This document shows positions 29,277 through 38,776 of a DNA stretch of 64,000 bases, piece after piece. This DNA is from Candidatus Humimicrobiia bacterium (GTDB lineage: Bacteria; Actinomycetota; Humimicrobiia; JAHJRV01): positions 25,677-89,676 of the forward strand of contig JBARXA010000018.1 in NCBI GenBank assembly GCA_049647085.1, read 5' to 3'. The notes below the pieces were generated by a model, which saw only the letters and a program-made list of their open reading frames with translations, was not told the origin of the DNA and did not search any database. Numbering within the stretch: position 1 is the stretch's first letter; each line of letters opens with the position of its first letter. The translations under genes and the position numbers were made by a program.

Positions 29277-30782
29277 TTAAAGACCATAAATGTCGGTATA
29301 CTTTTTTTGCATATAAGTTAAAAATGGCTTCGTGCAGATTGGCTCTCCAGTTACTCTTTTTACTAACTCATCAGGTGTGTATTTTGCACCTTCTTTATAG
29401 ATTTTTTCTCTCATCCAATTTAATAGTGGTATAAAGTTGCCTTTCTTTATCTGACTTGGAATGTCAGGTAAATCTTTTATAGCTTGATTGTAAAAAAGAA
29501 CAGATAGTAAGTTGCCTAAAGAATAAGTAGGAAAATAACCAATTCCACCCATTGACCAATGAATATCTTGTAATACACCTTCAGCATCATTAGGAGGACA
29601 AATACCAAGGTACTCCTTCATCTTTAAGTTCCATAATTCAGGTAACTCTTTGACTTTAACTTGTCGTTCCAACATTAGATTCTCAATTTCAAATCGCAAA
29701 AATATATGAAGGTTGTAAGTAACTTCATCAGTATCAACTCGAATTAATGATGGACTTACTTTATTTATAGCTCGGTAAAAGGATTCAACACCAACACCTT
29801 TCAATTGATTTGGGAAATATTTCTTTAAATGAGGTAACCAGAAGGTCCAAAATTCCATACTGCGACCAACAACATTTTCCCACAGACGTGACTGGGATTC
29901 GTGTACACCTAAAGATACCCCACCTCTTAAAATAGTTCTGTTAAATGTTTGGTCAATACTCTGCTCATACATACCATGTCCAGCTTCATGGATAGAGCTA
30001 AATAGTGCTGATTTAAACTGGTCTTTGTAGATTCGTGTTGTAAGTCGAACATCATCTATTGAAAATGAAGTTGTGAAGGGGTGTGTTGAACGATCTTGTC
30101 TACCATGTTTAAAATCAAATCCAAGGCGCTTGATAACTTCTATTCCAAAATCCCACTGCTTATCTATATCAAAATCTTGATTAAATATAGAGTCATCTAA
30201 AGCATCTTGTCTTTCTGAGATTACTTTTACTAATGGAATAAGTTCCGCTTTCATTTCATTAAAGAGTTTCTCCACCTGAGCCGTCTTCATTTCTGGTTCA
30301 AACTCATATAACAAAGTATCATAGATCCTGTCTTTATAACCCAGCGCTTCAGCTTTTTGAATTGTCAGATCTAAAATCTTTTCCAAATGTGGTCGAAATA
30401 TGGAGAAATCTGATTTTTCTCGCGCTTTTCGCCAGGCTATATCACCTAATGAAGTTGCTTTAGCTAACGCAGCAACTAATTCAGGTGAAAGCCGTTTTAA
30501 TCTATCATAATTACGTCTTGTAACGCGAATTAAGCTGGCTTCGAATGAGTCATAATCAAGATCACCAGCTTTAGCTTCAATATCAGTAAGTAGTTGTCCG
30601 ATTTTATCAGAGATAAAGAGTTCATGAGTTTTTTTAGCTAAGGTAGTTAGTTGCATTGCTCGACTCTCAGCTCCACCTAATGGCATATAGGTCTGTTGAT
30701 CCCAACTCAATACAGCAGTAGCAGCGTGTAAATCGGATATCTCACCTAAGAGCACCTTTAATTCTTTGAATTTCTCATTCAA
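29277..30782 (-). CDS. M32 carboxypeptidase (thermostable carboxypeptidase Taq family)
   Basis: HEAGHGMYEQ (HExxH zincin) and DIHWSMGGIGYFPTYSLGN are present. Confidence 0.85.
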   Translation of the reverse strand: MNEKFKELKVLLGEISDLHAATAVLSWDQQTYMPLGGAESRAMQLTTLAKKTHELFISDKIGQLLTDIEAKAGDLDYDSFEASLIRVTRRNYDRLKRLSPELVAALAKATSLGDIAWRKAREKSDFSIFRPHLEKILDLTIQKAEALGYKDRIYDTLLYEFEPEMKTAQVEKLFNEMKAELIPLVKVISERQDALDDSIFNQDFDIDKQWDFGIEVIKRLGFDFKHGRQDRSTHPFTTSFSIDDVRLTTRIYKDQFKSALFSSIHEAGHGMYEQSIDQTFNRTILRGGVSLGVHESQSRLWENVVGRSMEFWTFWLPHLKKYFPNQLKGVGVESFYRAINKVSPSLIRVDTDEVTYNLHIFLRFEIENLMLERQVKVKELPELWNLKMKEYLGICPPNDAEGVLQDIHWSMGGIGYFPTYSLGNLLSVLFYNQAIKDLPDIPSQIKKGNFIPLLNWMREKIYKEGAKYTPDELVKRVTGEPICTKPFLTYMQKKYTDIYGL

Positions 30783-31137
30783 TTTAATTACCCCTCTCTT
30801 TTTATTTTTTTTCTATTTTTTAAAATTAATAATCGATAGTTATTAATTCGTAAACTGATAAAAACTTTAGTTTATAATTTTAACACTATTTCGATTTGTT
30901 TTAGATAATCTTTTTAATAATGGAATGTGATTTCTGGTAGATAATTTTATTTGATTTTATAGATTTGTCAAAATTTAGAAATTAAATTATTATACTGAAT
31001 GTAAAAAAGCTTACGAGTTTATTATTATAAAAATTTTATTACTTTTTTAAAGAACAAAATACAAACTCATATCGTTTATAGTAAAATTCATATATTGACT
31101 AAATTATTGTAGTATTGGTATATTTATATAGTGGATT

Positions 31138-31223
31138 GCCCGAGTGGCGGAATTGGTAGACGCAACGGACTTAAAATCCGTCGGATTGTATCCATGTCAG
31201 TTCGAGTCTGACCTCGGGCACCA
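31138..31223 (+). tRNA. tRNA-Leu (anticodon TAA), long variable arm, CCA encoded
   Basis: The acceptor GCCCGAG/CTCGGGC, anticodon loop CTTAAAA, type-II long variable arm, T-arm GTTCGAGTC and terminal ACCA are all present. Confidence 0.85.
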
Positions 31224-31430
31224 GATTTATTATATTATTTTCCATTTTTAGTTTATATAAAGAGGTATTTTTGAAAGAAATATTTTCTAAGGAAAAGCTC
31301 TAGTTAAAATTTCTAATAACTGGAGTTTTGCTTTTTTAAAAGTTTTTAAGAGATTATTAATATAATGCGTACTATTAACGAGATAATAAAGAGTTTTTAA
31401 TTATTAATGGTTGAATTATAGTGAGGGAAT

Positions 31431-32483
31431 TTGATGATAGAGAAAATGAAAGCAATAATAAAAAGAGAGAGTAAACCAGGAGCAGAGCTTGAAGTTGTAG
31501 ATATTCCAAAAATTAGTCTTAATGAGGTTTTAGTAAATGTAAAAGTAGCATCAATATGCGGTACCGATGTTCATATCTATAAATGGAATGAGTGGGCACA
31601 AAATAGAATTAAACCACCTCTTATTATAGGTCATGAATTTGCGGGAGAGGTTGTGGAAGTTGGAACTGATGTTAAATCTTTAAAAGTTGGTGATTTCGTA
31701 TCTGCAGAAACACATATTCCTTGCAATCAGTGCTTCCAGTGTAAAACGGGAAAACAACATATTTGCAAAAATGTCTCAATTTTGGGAGTCGATATAAATG
31801 GAGTTTTTGCAGATTATGTAGCTCTTCCTGAAGTATGTGCATGGAAAAATTCTGATAAAATACCATTTGAATTTGCATCAGTTCAGGAACCCTTGGGTAA
31901 CTCTGTTTATGCAACTTTGGAAGGTGGAGGTGTTACAGGTAAAAAAGTGGTAATTTTTGGTTGTGGACCAACTGGTCTATTTGCAGCAGGAGTTGCAAAA
32001 GTTTCAGGAGCATCAGAAATAATATCTGTTGGAAAGCACGAATTCAGAATGGAAATTGCTAAAAAGATGGGAGCTGATCATATATTGAAATATCCAGATG
32101 ACAATATTGTAAAATTAATAACAGAAATTACTGATGGAGAGGGAGTAGATGTAGTTATTGAAATGACAGGTAGTCAGGATGCTATAAATCAAGGCCTTTC
32201 AGTTTTAAAAAAAGGAGGGAGATTTACAGCGTTTGGTATTCCTTCAGGAAAGGTTGAAATAGATCTTGCAAATGATATTATTTTTAAGGGAGCTGTTGTT
32301 ATTGGAATATCCGGGAGGAAGATGTTTGACACTTGGTATAGAGTTGCTGGACTACTTGAATCAAGGCGGATTGACATATCTCCTGTTATTACACATAAAT
32401 TTCCTTTGGAGGAGTTTAAAAAAGGCTTTGAGCTAATGATGTCTGAGGAGAGAAAAGCAGCAAAAATATTATTATTTCCGTAA
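31431..32483 (+). CDS. tdh: L-threonine 3-dehydrogenase (Zn-dependent)
   Basis: CGTDVH, GHEFAGEVVEVG, CNQCFQCKTGKQHIC and GCGPTG are present. It pairs with kbl downstream. Confidence 0.85.
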   Translation: MMIEKMKAIIKRESKPGAELEVVDIPKISLNEVLVNVKVASICGTDVHIYKWNEWAQNRIKPPLIIGHEFAGEVVEVGTDVKSLKVGDFVSAETHIPCNQCFQCKTGKQHICKNVSILGVDINGVFADYVALPEVCAWKNSDKIPFEFASVQEPLGNSVYATLEGGGVTGKKVVIFGCGPTGLFAAGVAKVSGASEIISVGKHEFRMEIAKKMGADHILKYPDDNIVKLITEITDGEGVDVVIEMTGSQDAINQGLSVLKKGGRFTAFGIPSGKVEIDLANDIIFKGAVVIGISGRKMFDTWYRVAGLLESRRIDISPVITHKFPLEEFKKGFELMMSEERKAAKILLFP

Positions 32484-32530
32484 AATATCATTTTAAAATA
32501 AAAATAATGTATTAATAGGAGGTGTTGTAA

Positions 32531-33709
32531 ATGAGTCACCACATGAAATTTTTGGATGAAGCTCTTGATAATTTAAGGAAAAATAAAATATTCCGAGAGC
32601 TTACAGTTATAGAGGGAGCCCAAGGTCCAAGAGTGAAAATAAGAGGAAAGGAAGTAATAAATTTATCATCAAACAATTATTTAGGTCTTAATACCCATCC
32701 TAAATTAAAGGAAGCTGCTCTAAAAGCCATAGAGAAATATGGAGTAGGTTCTGGAGCAGTTAGAACTATTGCAGGTACATTAGATATTCATAAGAAAGTA
32801 GAGGAAAGAATTGCAGAGTTTAAAAATACAGAAGCAGCAATACTTTTCCAATCAGGGGAACTTGCTAATCAAGGAACAATTCAATCCATAATGGGTAAAG
32901 ATGATGTAATATTTTCTGATAGACTTAATCATGCAAGTATCATAGATGGTTGTAGACTAAGTAGAGCAGAAATTAAAGCTTATCCTCATAAGGATATGGA
33001 AGTCCTTGAAAATTTACTCAAGGAGTATAAAGGAACTGGGAAAAAGCTGATTGTATCCGATGGTGTATTCAGTATGGATGGTGATATATGCCCACTACCA
33101 AAGATTGCTGAGTTAGGGGAGAGATATGGCGCAATAACTATGGTGGATGATGCTCATGCCAGTGGAGTATTGGGCAAGAACGGTAGAGGAACAGTTGATC
33201 ACTTTAATTTGCATGGAAGAATTGATATACAGATGGGAACTCTTTCTAAAGCAATTGGTTGTATGGGAGGATATATAGCAGGTTCTAAATCGCTAAGGGA
33301 TTATCTCATCCATTTTTCAAGACCATTTTTATTTAGCACGTCTCATCCACCAAGTGTCCCAGCATCAATCTTGGCAGCAATAGATGTATTGGAAAATGAA
33401 CCAGAAATATTAGATATTCTCTGGTCAAATGTTTCATTTTTCAAGCAGGGATTAAAGAATTTGGGATTTGATACAGGTATAAGTGAAACACCTATTACAC
33501 CTGTTATTGTGGGAGAGGCTTCAATAGCTGTGAAGATGAGTGATATACTTCTTGAGGAGGGCATATTTGGACAAAGTATAGGTTTTCCTACAGTTCCGAG
33601 AGGAAAAGCGAGAATAAGAACAATTGTAACAGCTGCTCATACAAAAGATGACCTTTCCATTGCTTTAGAGAAGTTTGAGAAAGTTGGAAAAAAATTAACT
33701 ATAATTTAA
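32531..33709 (+). CDS. kbl: 2-amino-3-ketobutyrate CoA ligase (glycine C-acetyltransferase)
   Basis: This alpha-oxoamine synthase fold has SNNYLGL and PLP-Lys GTLSKA. A tdh-kbl operon is inferred. Confidence 0.85.
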   Translation: MSHHMKFLDEALDNLRKNKIFRELTVIEGAQGPRVKIRGKEVINLSSNNYLGLNTHPKLKEAALKAIEKYGVGSGAVRTIAGTLDIHKKVEERIAEFKNTEAAILFQSGELANQGTIQSIMGKDDVIFSDRLNHASIIDGCRLSRAEIKAYPHKDMEVLENLLKEYKGTGKKLIVSDGVFSMDGDICPLPKIAELGERYGAITMVDDAHASGVLGKNGRGTVDHFNLHGRIDIQMGTLSKAIGCMGGYIAGSKSLRDYLIHFSRPFLFSTSHPPSVPASILAAIDVLENEPEILDILWSNVSFFKQGLKNLGFDTGISETPITPVIVGEASIAVKMSDILLEEGIFGQSIGFPTVPRGKARIRTIVTAAHTKDDLSIALEKFEKVGKKLTII

Positions 33710-33747
33710 AGATATATTTTATTTAATAAAAAATATAAATAGTATAA

Positions 33748-33796
33748 GTAAGGCTTTAGCCTTGCTTTAAAAGTAACCCTGAAGGGTTGTCCTACT
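33748..33796. repeat. palindromic REP-like element, copy 1 (two internal hairpins AAGGCT/AGCCTT and AACCCT/AGGGTT)
   Basis: GTAAGGCTTTAGCCTTGCTTTAAAAGTAACCCTGAAGGGTTGTCCTAC lies right after the kbl stop. It is near-identical to 46918-46970. Confidence 0.6.
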
Positions 33797-33807
33797 TTTA
33801 TGGAAAT

Positions 33808-34992
33808 ATGAAAAAAATGAGTAAAGTTGCAATTGTAAAATGTGAAAATTATGAAGAAGATGTAGTAAAAAAAGCAGTAGAAAAATCCATAAATTTATTA
33901 GGTGGAATTTCAAATTTTATAAATGAAAAGGATAAGGTATTTATAAAACCGAATCTTTTAAGAGCAAGTTCTCCAGAGAGTCTGATAATAACTCATCCTG
34001 CTTTAATTAAATCAGTTGCAAAACTTGTTAAAAATTTGGGTGCTGAAGTTACTATTGGAGATAGCCCTGGTGGTAAATTTACAAAAAATTCTCTCTCTAA
34101 AGTCTATAAAATTTCTGGATTAACAGATGTTTCAAAGGAAACTAGTGCTAAGCTAAATTGGAATACAAATTACTCTACTAAATCTAATCCTGAAGGTAAT
34201 ATTGTCAAATCTTTTGAGATAATAAATATAGCCTCCAAAGCAGATAAGATTATTTCTATTTCTAAGTTAAAAACCCACGGTTTCACTTATATAACTGGGG
34301 CTGTAAAAAACTTATTTGGATTAGTACCAGGTCTTAAAAAAATTGGATTTCATACAAGGTTTCAAAATGTAGACCATTTCTCACAAATGTTGCTTGATCT
34401 ATATATTTTAACAAAACCAGCACTCAACATAATGGATGCAGTAATTGCAATGGAAGGGAGCGGACCATCAGCTGGTGATGCTAAGAAAGTAGGATTGATA
34501 CTAGCAAGTGATGATGCAGTCTGTTTGGATTTAGTTGCAACCTATGCTATAGGTGTAAATCCATTGAAAGTACCAACTCTAAAAGCTGCTATAGATAGAG
34601 GTATGATTAGTGGAAAGATTAGTGATATAGATATTGTTGGAGAAGATATAAATTCAGTAAGAGTATTAGATTTTAAACCACCTCCAACTGAGAGAAGGGA
34701 TTATTGGTTTTATCCACCAGTTATTCGCAAATGGGCTATAAGAAATTTAAACTTAACACCTATTATTAAATCAAATTGCATTGGTTGTGGAGTTTGTATA
34801 AAAAATTGCCCGGTAAATGCTATAAAGTTAATATCAATAAATAAAATGTCAAAGGATAAAGATGTAAAGAAAAAAGCAAATATTGATTTAAAAAAATGTA
34901 TTAGATGTTATTGCTGCCACGAACTGTGTCCGGAAAAAGCAGTGGGATTAAAAAAACCTTTCCTTTTAAAAATGATTTCATTAAAATCCTAA
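33808..34992 (+). CDS. DUF362-domain protein with C-terminal 2x[4Fe-4S] ferredoxin domain
   Basis: The C-terminal motifs are CIGCGVCIKNCP and CIRCYCCHELCP. The listed TTG start (33787) lies inside the repeat element, so ATG 33808 is preferred. Confidence 0.6.
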   Translation: MKKMSKVAIVKCENYEEDVVKKAVEKSINLLGGISNFINEKDKVFIKPNLLRASSPESLIITHPALIKSVAKLVKNLGAEVTIGDSPGGKFTKNSLSKVYKISGLTDVSKETSAKLNWNTNYSTKSNPEGNIVKSFEIINIASKADKIISISKLKTHGFTYITGAVKNLFGLVPGLKKIGFHTRFQNVDHFSQMLLDLYILTKPALNIMDAVIAMEGSGPSAGDAKKVGLILASDDAVCLDLVATYAIGVNPLKVPTLKAAIDRGMISGKISDIDIVGEDINSVRVLDFKPPPTERRDYWFYPPVIRKWAIRNLNLTPIIKSNCIGCGVCIKNCPVNAIKLISINKMSKDKDVKKKANIDLKKCIRCYCCHELCPEKAVGLKKPFLLKMISLKS

Positions 34993-35015
34993 TTTTAAAT
35001 AGGTGCTTTATTTAT

Positions 35016-35053
35016 CTTGTCATTGCGAGAGACGAAGTCTCGAAGCAATCTCA
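35016..35053. repeat. GC-rich nested-palindrome element after DUF362 gene
   Basis: CTTGTCATTGCGAGAGACGAAGTCTCGAAGCAATCTC has nested stems ATTGC/GCAAT and GAGAC/GTCTC. A TTGTCATT(C/G)C-type left end recurs at 6611. Confidence 0.45.
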
Positions 35054-35064
35054 TATATTTTTAA

Positions 35065-36303
35065 TTGTATTTTAAAAAATTGAGAGGTGGAATTTTGGAA
35101 AAAAAAATTATTGATTCATTAATAAAAGCTGGAAAATCAAAAATTGTATTAGTAGTTATTGACGGAGTAGGAGGTCTTGCTTTACCAGGTGGTAAGGGAA
35201 CTGAATTGCAAATTGCAAACACACCCAATCTGGATGCATTAGCAGCTGAGTCATCATGCGGTTTATTAGAACCAATTGCTGCTGGAATTACTCCTGGAAG
35301 TGGTCCTGCACATTTAGCACTATTTGGTTATGATCCTATAAAAAACAATATAGGAAGAGGTATTTTATCTGCTCTTGGGACAGGATTTGATCTCACTTCT
35401 AAAGATGTGGCAGCGAGAGTAAATTTTGCAACAGTGGATAAGGAAGGTAGAGTCCTTGATAGGAGGGCAGGGAGAATAAAAACTGAATTAAATAAAAAAC
35501 TTTGTGAAAAGATTCTGAAAAATATTAAATTGGATCCCTCCATTAAAATTTCCCTTTATCCTGAAAAGGATTATAGAGCAGTTCTTATATTAAGAGGAAA
35601 TGACCTTTGGGGAGATTTAATAGATACAGATCCACAAAAAATAGGAGTTGTGCCATTTGAAATAAAAGCAACCAACACTCGTTCAGAAAAAACTGCAAGC
35701 ATTGTCTCTGATTTTATATCACAAGTAAGAATTATCTTAGCCAATGAAAAACCGGCAAATATGTTGCTTTTAAGAGGATTTGACAAATACACCCCCTTTA
35801 AATCAATAAAAGAGAGGTATAGTTTAAAAGCCTTAGCAATTGCTGAGTATCCAATGTATAAAGGAATGGCTGAATTATTAGGAATGGAAATAGCACAAAA
35901 TATATCAGGATTAGATAGTCAAATTGAGGCTTTAAAAAAGAATTATGATAAGTATGATTTCTTCTTCTTTCATATAAAAAAGACAGATAGTTTTGGTGAG
36001 GATGGAGATTTTGATGCAAAAGTAAAAGAAATAGAGAAAGTTGATGCTATGATTCCTGAGATTGTTGAACTAAACCCGGATGTTTTGGTTGTTACATCTG
36101 ATCATTCTACACCTGCATTGCTTAAGTATCATAGTTGGCATCCTATTCCTGTAGTGATTAAATCAATTTATGCAAGAAAGGATTCAGTTACAAAATTTGA
36201 TGAAATAAGTTGTGCAAATGGAATATTGGGATTAAGACCAATGACTGACTTAATGCCAATTACTTTAGCGTGTGCTAATAGATTAGAAAAATATGGAGCC
36301 TAA
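35065..36303 (+). CDS. apgM: cofactor-independent phosphoglycerate mutase, archaeal-type (ApgM family; 'proposed homoserine kinase' clade)
   Basis: KIVLVVIDGVGG...GKGTELQIANTPNLDALA and C-terminal metalloenzyme-domain motifs (SDHSTP, HS.HP.P) are present. Confidence 0.75.
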   Translation: MYFKKLRGGILEKKIIDSLIKAGKSKIVLVVIDGVGGLALPGGKGTELQIANTPNLDALAAESSCGLLEPIAAGITPGSGPAHLALFGYDPIKNNIGRGILSALGTGFDLTSKDVAARVNFATVDKEGRVLDRRAGRIKTELNKKLCEKILKNIKLDPSIKISLYPEKDYRAVLILRGNDLWGDLIDTDPQKIGVVPFEIKATNTRSEKTASIVSDFISQVRIILANEKPANMLLLRGFDKYTPFKSIKERYSLKALAIAEYPMYKGMAELLGMEIAQNISGLDSQIEALKKNYDKYDFFFFHIKKTDSFGEDGDFDAKVKEIEKVDAMIPEIVELNPDVLVVTSDHSTPALLKYHSWHPIPVVIKSIYARKDSVTKFDEISCANGILGLRPMTDLMPITLACANRLEKYGA

Positions 36304-36403
36304 ATAATTAATATCTCGTCTGTTTTTTTATTTTATAATAAATGTTACTGTAAAAATAAGTAGTAAAAGATAATTTTATTAATTGATAAGGTGATAATTA
36401 AAA

Positions 36404-36784
36404 ATGCCATATAGCAAAATAGTTATGGATCATTTTTTAAATCCACGAAATGTGGGAGAAATAGACAATGCTGATGGAATAGGGGAAGTTGGTAACCCTA
36501 TTTGTGGTGATATTATGACTTTTTATATAAAAGTAAAAGATAATAAATTAGAGGATATAAAATTTAAGACTTTTGGGTGTGGAGCTGCAATAGCTGTTTC
36601 TTCTATTGTTTCTGAAACTGCAAAGGGTATGAGTTTAGAGGAAGCTGAAAAAATAACAAATAAAAAAGTAGCTGAAATGTTAGGAGGTTTACCACCTCAG
36701 AAACTTCATTGTTCTAACTTAGGAGCAAAAGCATTAAAAAAAGCTATTGAAAACTATAGACTTCTTTCTTCGGGACCATCATAA
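36404..36784 (+). CDS. NifU/IscU-type Fe-S cluster assembly scaffold
   Basis: HFLNPRNVG...GNPICGD...FKTFGCGAAIA...LHCS carries the three conserved Cys. Confidence 0.8.
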   Translation: MPYSKIVMDHFLNPRNVGEIDNADGIGEVGNPICGDIMTFYIKVKDNKLEDIKFKTFGCGAAIAVSSIVSETAKGMSLEEAEKITNKKVAEMLGGLPPQKLHCSNLGAKALKKAIENYRLLSSGPS

Positions 36785-37536
36785 ATTATTTGATCAAGCG
36801 GCACAGCTTTGAAAGGTTTTTCTCTTTCTTCCTGTTCAATTGCGTGAGCAACTAACCCGGCTGCTCTTGATACAATATAAAAACCCTTACCATATTTATA
36901 AGGAAATCCCATATCTGATATGATAGATGCAATTGCTCCATCTACATTTAGAATTATTTTTTTATTTAAAATATTTTTAATAGATTGCTCAATCTCAGAT
37001 ACTAGCTTACAATGCCCTCCATAAATTTTGAGATCTTTTGCTAATTTTAATAATTTCTTAGTTCTTGGATCGGATTTATGGTATGGATGTCCAAATCCTA
37101 ATATTCTTTTCTTTTGTAAATGATGTTTTTGCACAATTTCATTTGCTATTTGTGATAAAGTTTTATTTAGCCTTTCGCTTTCTTCTATTCCTTCTTGGAG
37201 AATCTTTGCACATCCTTCTATAGAGCCACCATGATATTTACCCAATGCTATAATGCCTGATGCTACACTCGCTTGTAGGGGAACACCTGATGATGCTACA
37301 AATCTTGTTGCATCTGCTGATGGAGCTGCTAAGCTATGATCGCAGCCTGACACTAACATTGCATTCATCATTTTACCCTCTTCTTTAGTAGGAAATTTCC
37401 CCATCCATAGAAGATATACAACTTCCCCAAAACTCTTTTTTCCTATAATTTTATCTAAAGCATAACCTCTAATTATGATTTTGTTAGGTTCAACTTTGGA
37501 TATAGCTGTTCTCCACTCAAATTTCTTCTCTTTCAT
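36754..37536 (-). CDS. short citrate-synthase-fold protein (citryl-CoA lyase / ACL-alpha C-terminal domain-like)
   Basis: The 260-aa protein has a citrate-synthase signature-like GFGHPYHKSDPR. The catalytic-region His is in SGCDHSLAAPSADATRFVASSG. This is the size of the Hydrogenobacter-type Ccl. Confidence 0.6.
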   Translation of the reverse strand: MKEKKFEWRTAISKVEPNKIIIRGYALDKIIGKKSFGEVVYLLWMGKFPTKEEGKMMNAMLVSGCDHSLAAPSADATRFVASSGVPLQASVASGIIALGKYHGGSIEGCAKILQEGIEESERLNKTLSQIANEIVQKHHLQKKRILGFGHPYHKSDPRTKKLLKLAKDLKIYGGHCKLVSEIEQSIKNILNKKIILNVDGAIASIISDMGFPYKYGKGFYIVSRAAGLVAHAIEQEEREKPFKAVPLDQIIYDGPEERSL

Positions 37537-37576
37537 TTTCCCTCCTGAAAATCAAGAGCTTTTACATTTAAATTCT

Positions 37577-37816
37577 CTAATATAATTTTTTTATAGTGAT
37601 TGCTTTTTGAGGACATTTTTCTAAACAAAGATTACAAAATACGCATTCATCTTCATTTTCCTCAATAATTGAAATTATTCCATTATTCTCTTCTAATTTT
37701 TCAAATTTAAAAATTTCAACAGGACAAACCTCTTCACATATTTTACAATTTTTAACTTTTTTACATTTATTATTATTAATTTCTACTTTTACAAACATTC
37801 CCATAATTTTCACCAT
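37577..37816 (-). CDS. 2[4Fe-4S] ferredoxin (79 aa)
   Basis: The Cys motifs are CKKVKNCKICEEVCP...CVFCNLCLEKCP. Confidence 0.7.
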   Translation of the reverse strand: MVKIMGMFVKVEINNNKCKKVKNCKICEEVCPVEIFKFEKLEENNGIISIIEENEDECVFCNLCLEKCPQKAITIKKLY

Positions 37817-37831
37817 AAAAATAAAATATTT

Positions 37832-38728
37832 TTAGCTTAATGATTCTTTGACATAATCAACTAATTGAGTTAGTGTATCCGCTACCAATACGCCAGCTCT
37901 TTTAAATGCTTCAATTTTTCCTTTAGCTGTTCCCTTTCCTTTTTGCACAATGACACCAGCATGTCCAAATCTCATTCCAGGCATCTCATCAACAAATCTT
38001 CCACCTATAAAAGCTATTATAGGTTTAGAATATGAATACTTTAAAATATAACTTGCTGCGTCTTCTTCTTGTGTACCACCCGGTTCACAAAAAAGTACAA
38101 CGGTTTTTGTTTGAATATCTTTTTCAAAAAGAGGAAGCAGTTCTCTAATTGTCATACCCACAATTGGATCTCCACCAACACTGATGCATGTACTTTGCCC
38201 TATCCCATTACTGGTTAATAAATTTGCAAGCTCTGTTGTCATTCCACCACTGGTAGAAGCAATTCCAACTGGACCTATCATATATGATTTTTTTGTTTCG
38301 ATTTGTGGTCCGCCAATAGCTCCAACCTTAGATTTACCAGGTGAAATTATTCCTAATGAGTTTGGTCCTATAACTTTTGTACCTTTTTGTTCTGCAAAAT
38401 CTAAAATCAAAACTACATCTTTTTTTGGGATTCTCTCAGTAAAAATTACAATAAGCTTTATATTTGCGTCTATTGCTTCTAATGCAGCATCTTTTGCAAA
38501 GGGAGGAGGAACAGATATAATTGATACATTTGCTATAAAGTTTTTCACTACATCATTAACACAATCAAAAACAGGGATTCCATGAATAGTCTGTCCTCCT
38601 TTTCCTGGAGTTACACCACCAACCACATTAGTACCATAATCAAGCATATATTTAGTAAATAATGATGCTTCTCTCCCTGTAATTCCCTGAACCAAAACTC
38701 TTATTTTCTCATCTATTAAAATACTCAA
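37832..38728 (-). CDS. NDP-forming acyl-CoA synthetase alpha subunit (SucD / CcsB-like, CoA-binding, phospho-His)
   Basis: VLVQGITGREAS (CoA-binding Rossmann) and the phospho-histidine loop MRFGHAGVIV are present. Confidence 0.8.
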   Translation of the reverse strand: MSILIDEKIRVLVQGITGREASLFTKYMLDYGTNVVGGVTPGKGGQTIHGIPVFDCVNDVVKNFIANVSIISVPPPFAKDAALEAIDANIKLIVIFTERIPKKDVVLILDFAEQKGTKVIGPNSLGIISPGKSKVGAIGGPQIETKKSYMIGPVGIASTSGGMTTELANLLTSNGIGQSTCISVGGDPIVGMTIRELLPLFEKDIQTKTVVLFCEPGGTQEEDAASYILKYSYSKPIIAFIGGRFVDEMPGMRFGHAGVIVQKGKGTAKGKIEAFKRAGVLVADTLTQLVDYVKESLS

Positions 38729-38776
38729 TTAATTCTCCATTTATAAAAAAATAAATCAATCGTTTATTATCTTTAA

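Noticed and set aside
33787-33807. The TTG start listed for the DUF362 ORF.
   Set aside because: It lies inside the palindromic REP-like element (33748-33796). The ATG at 33808 or 33817 is preferred.
35060-35100. My manual indexing put the apgM TTG start at 35066, which is out of frame with the stop at 36301-36303.
   Set aside because: The discrepancy is most likely an off-by-one in my reading of one sequence line. The ORF-track coordinates (35065-36303) were kept.
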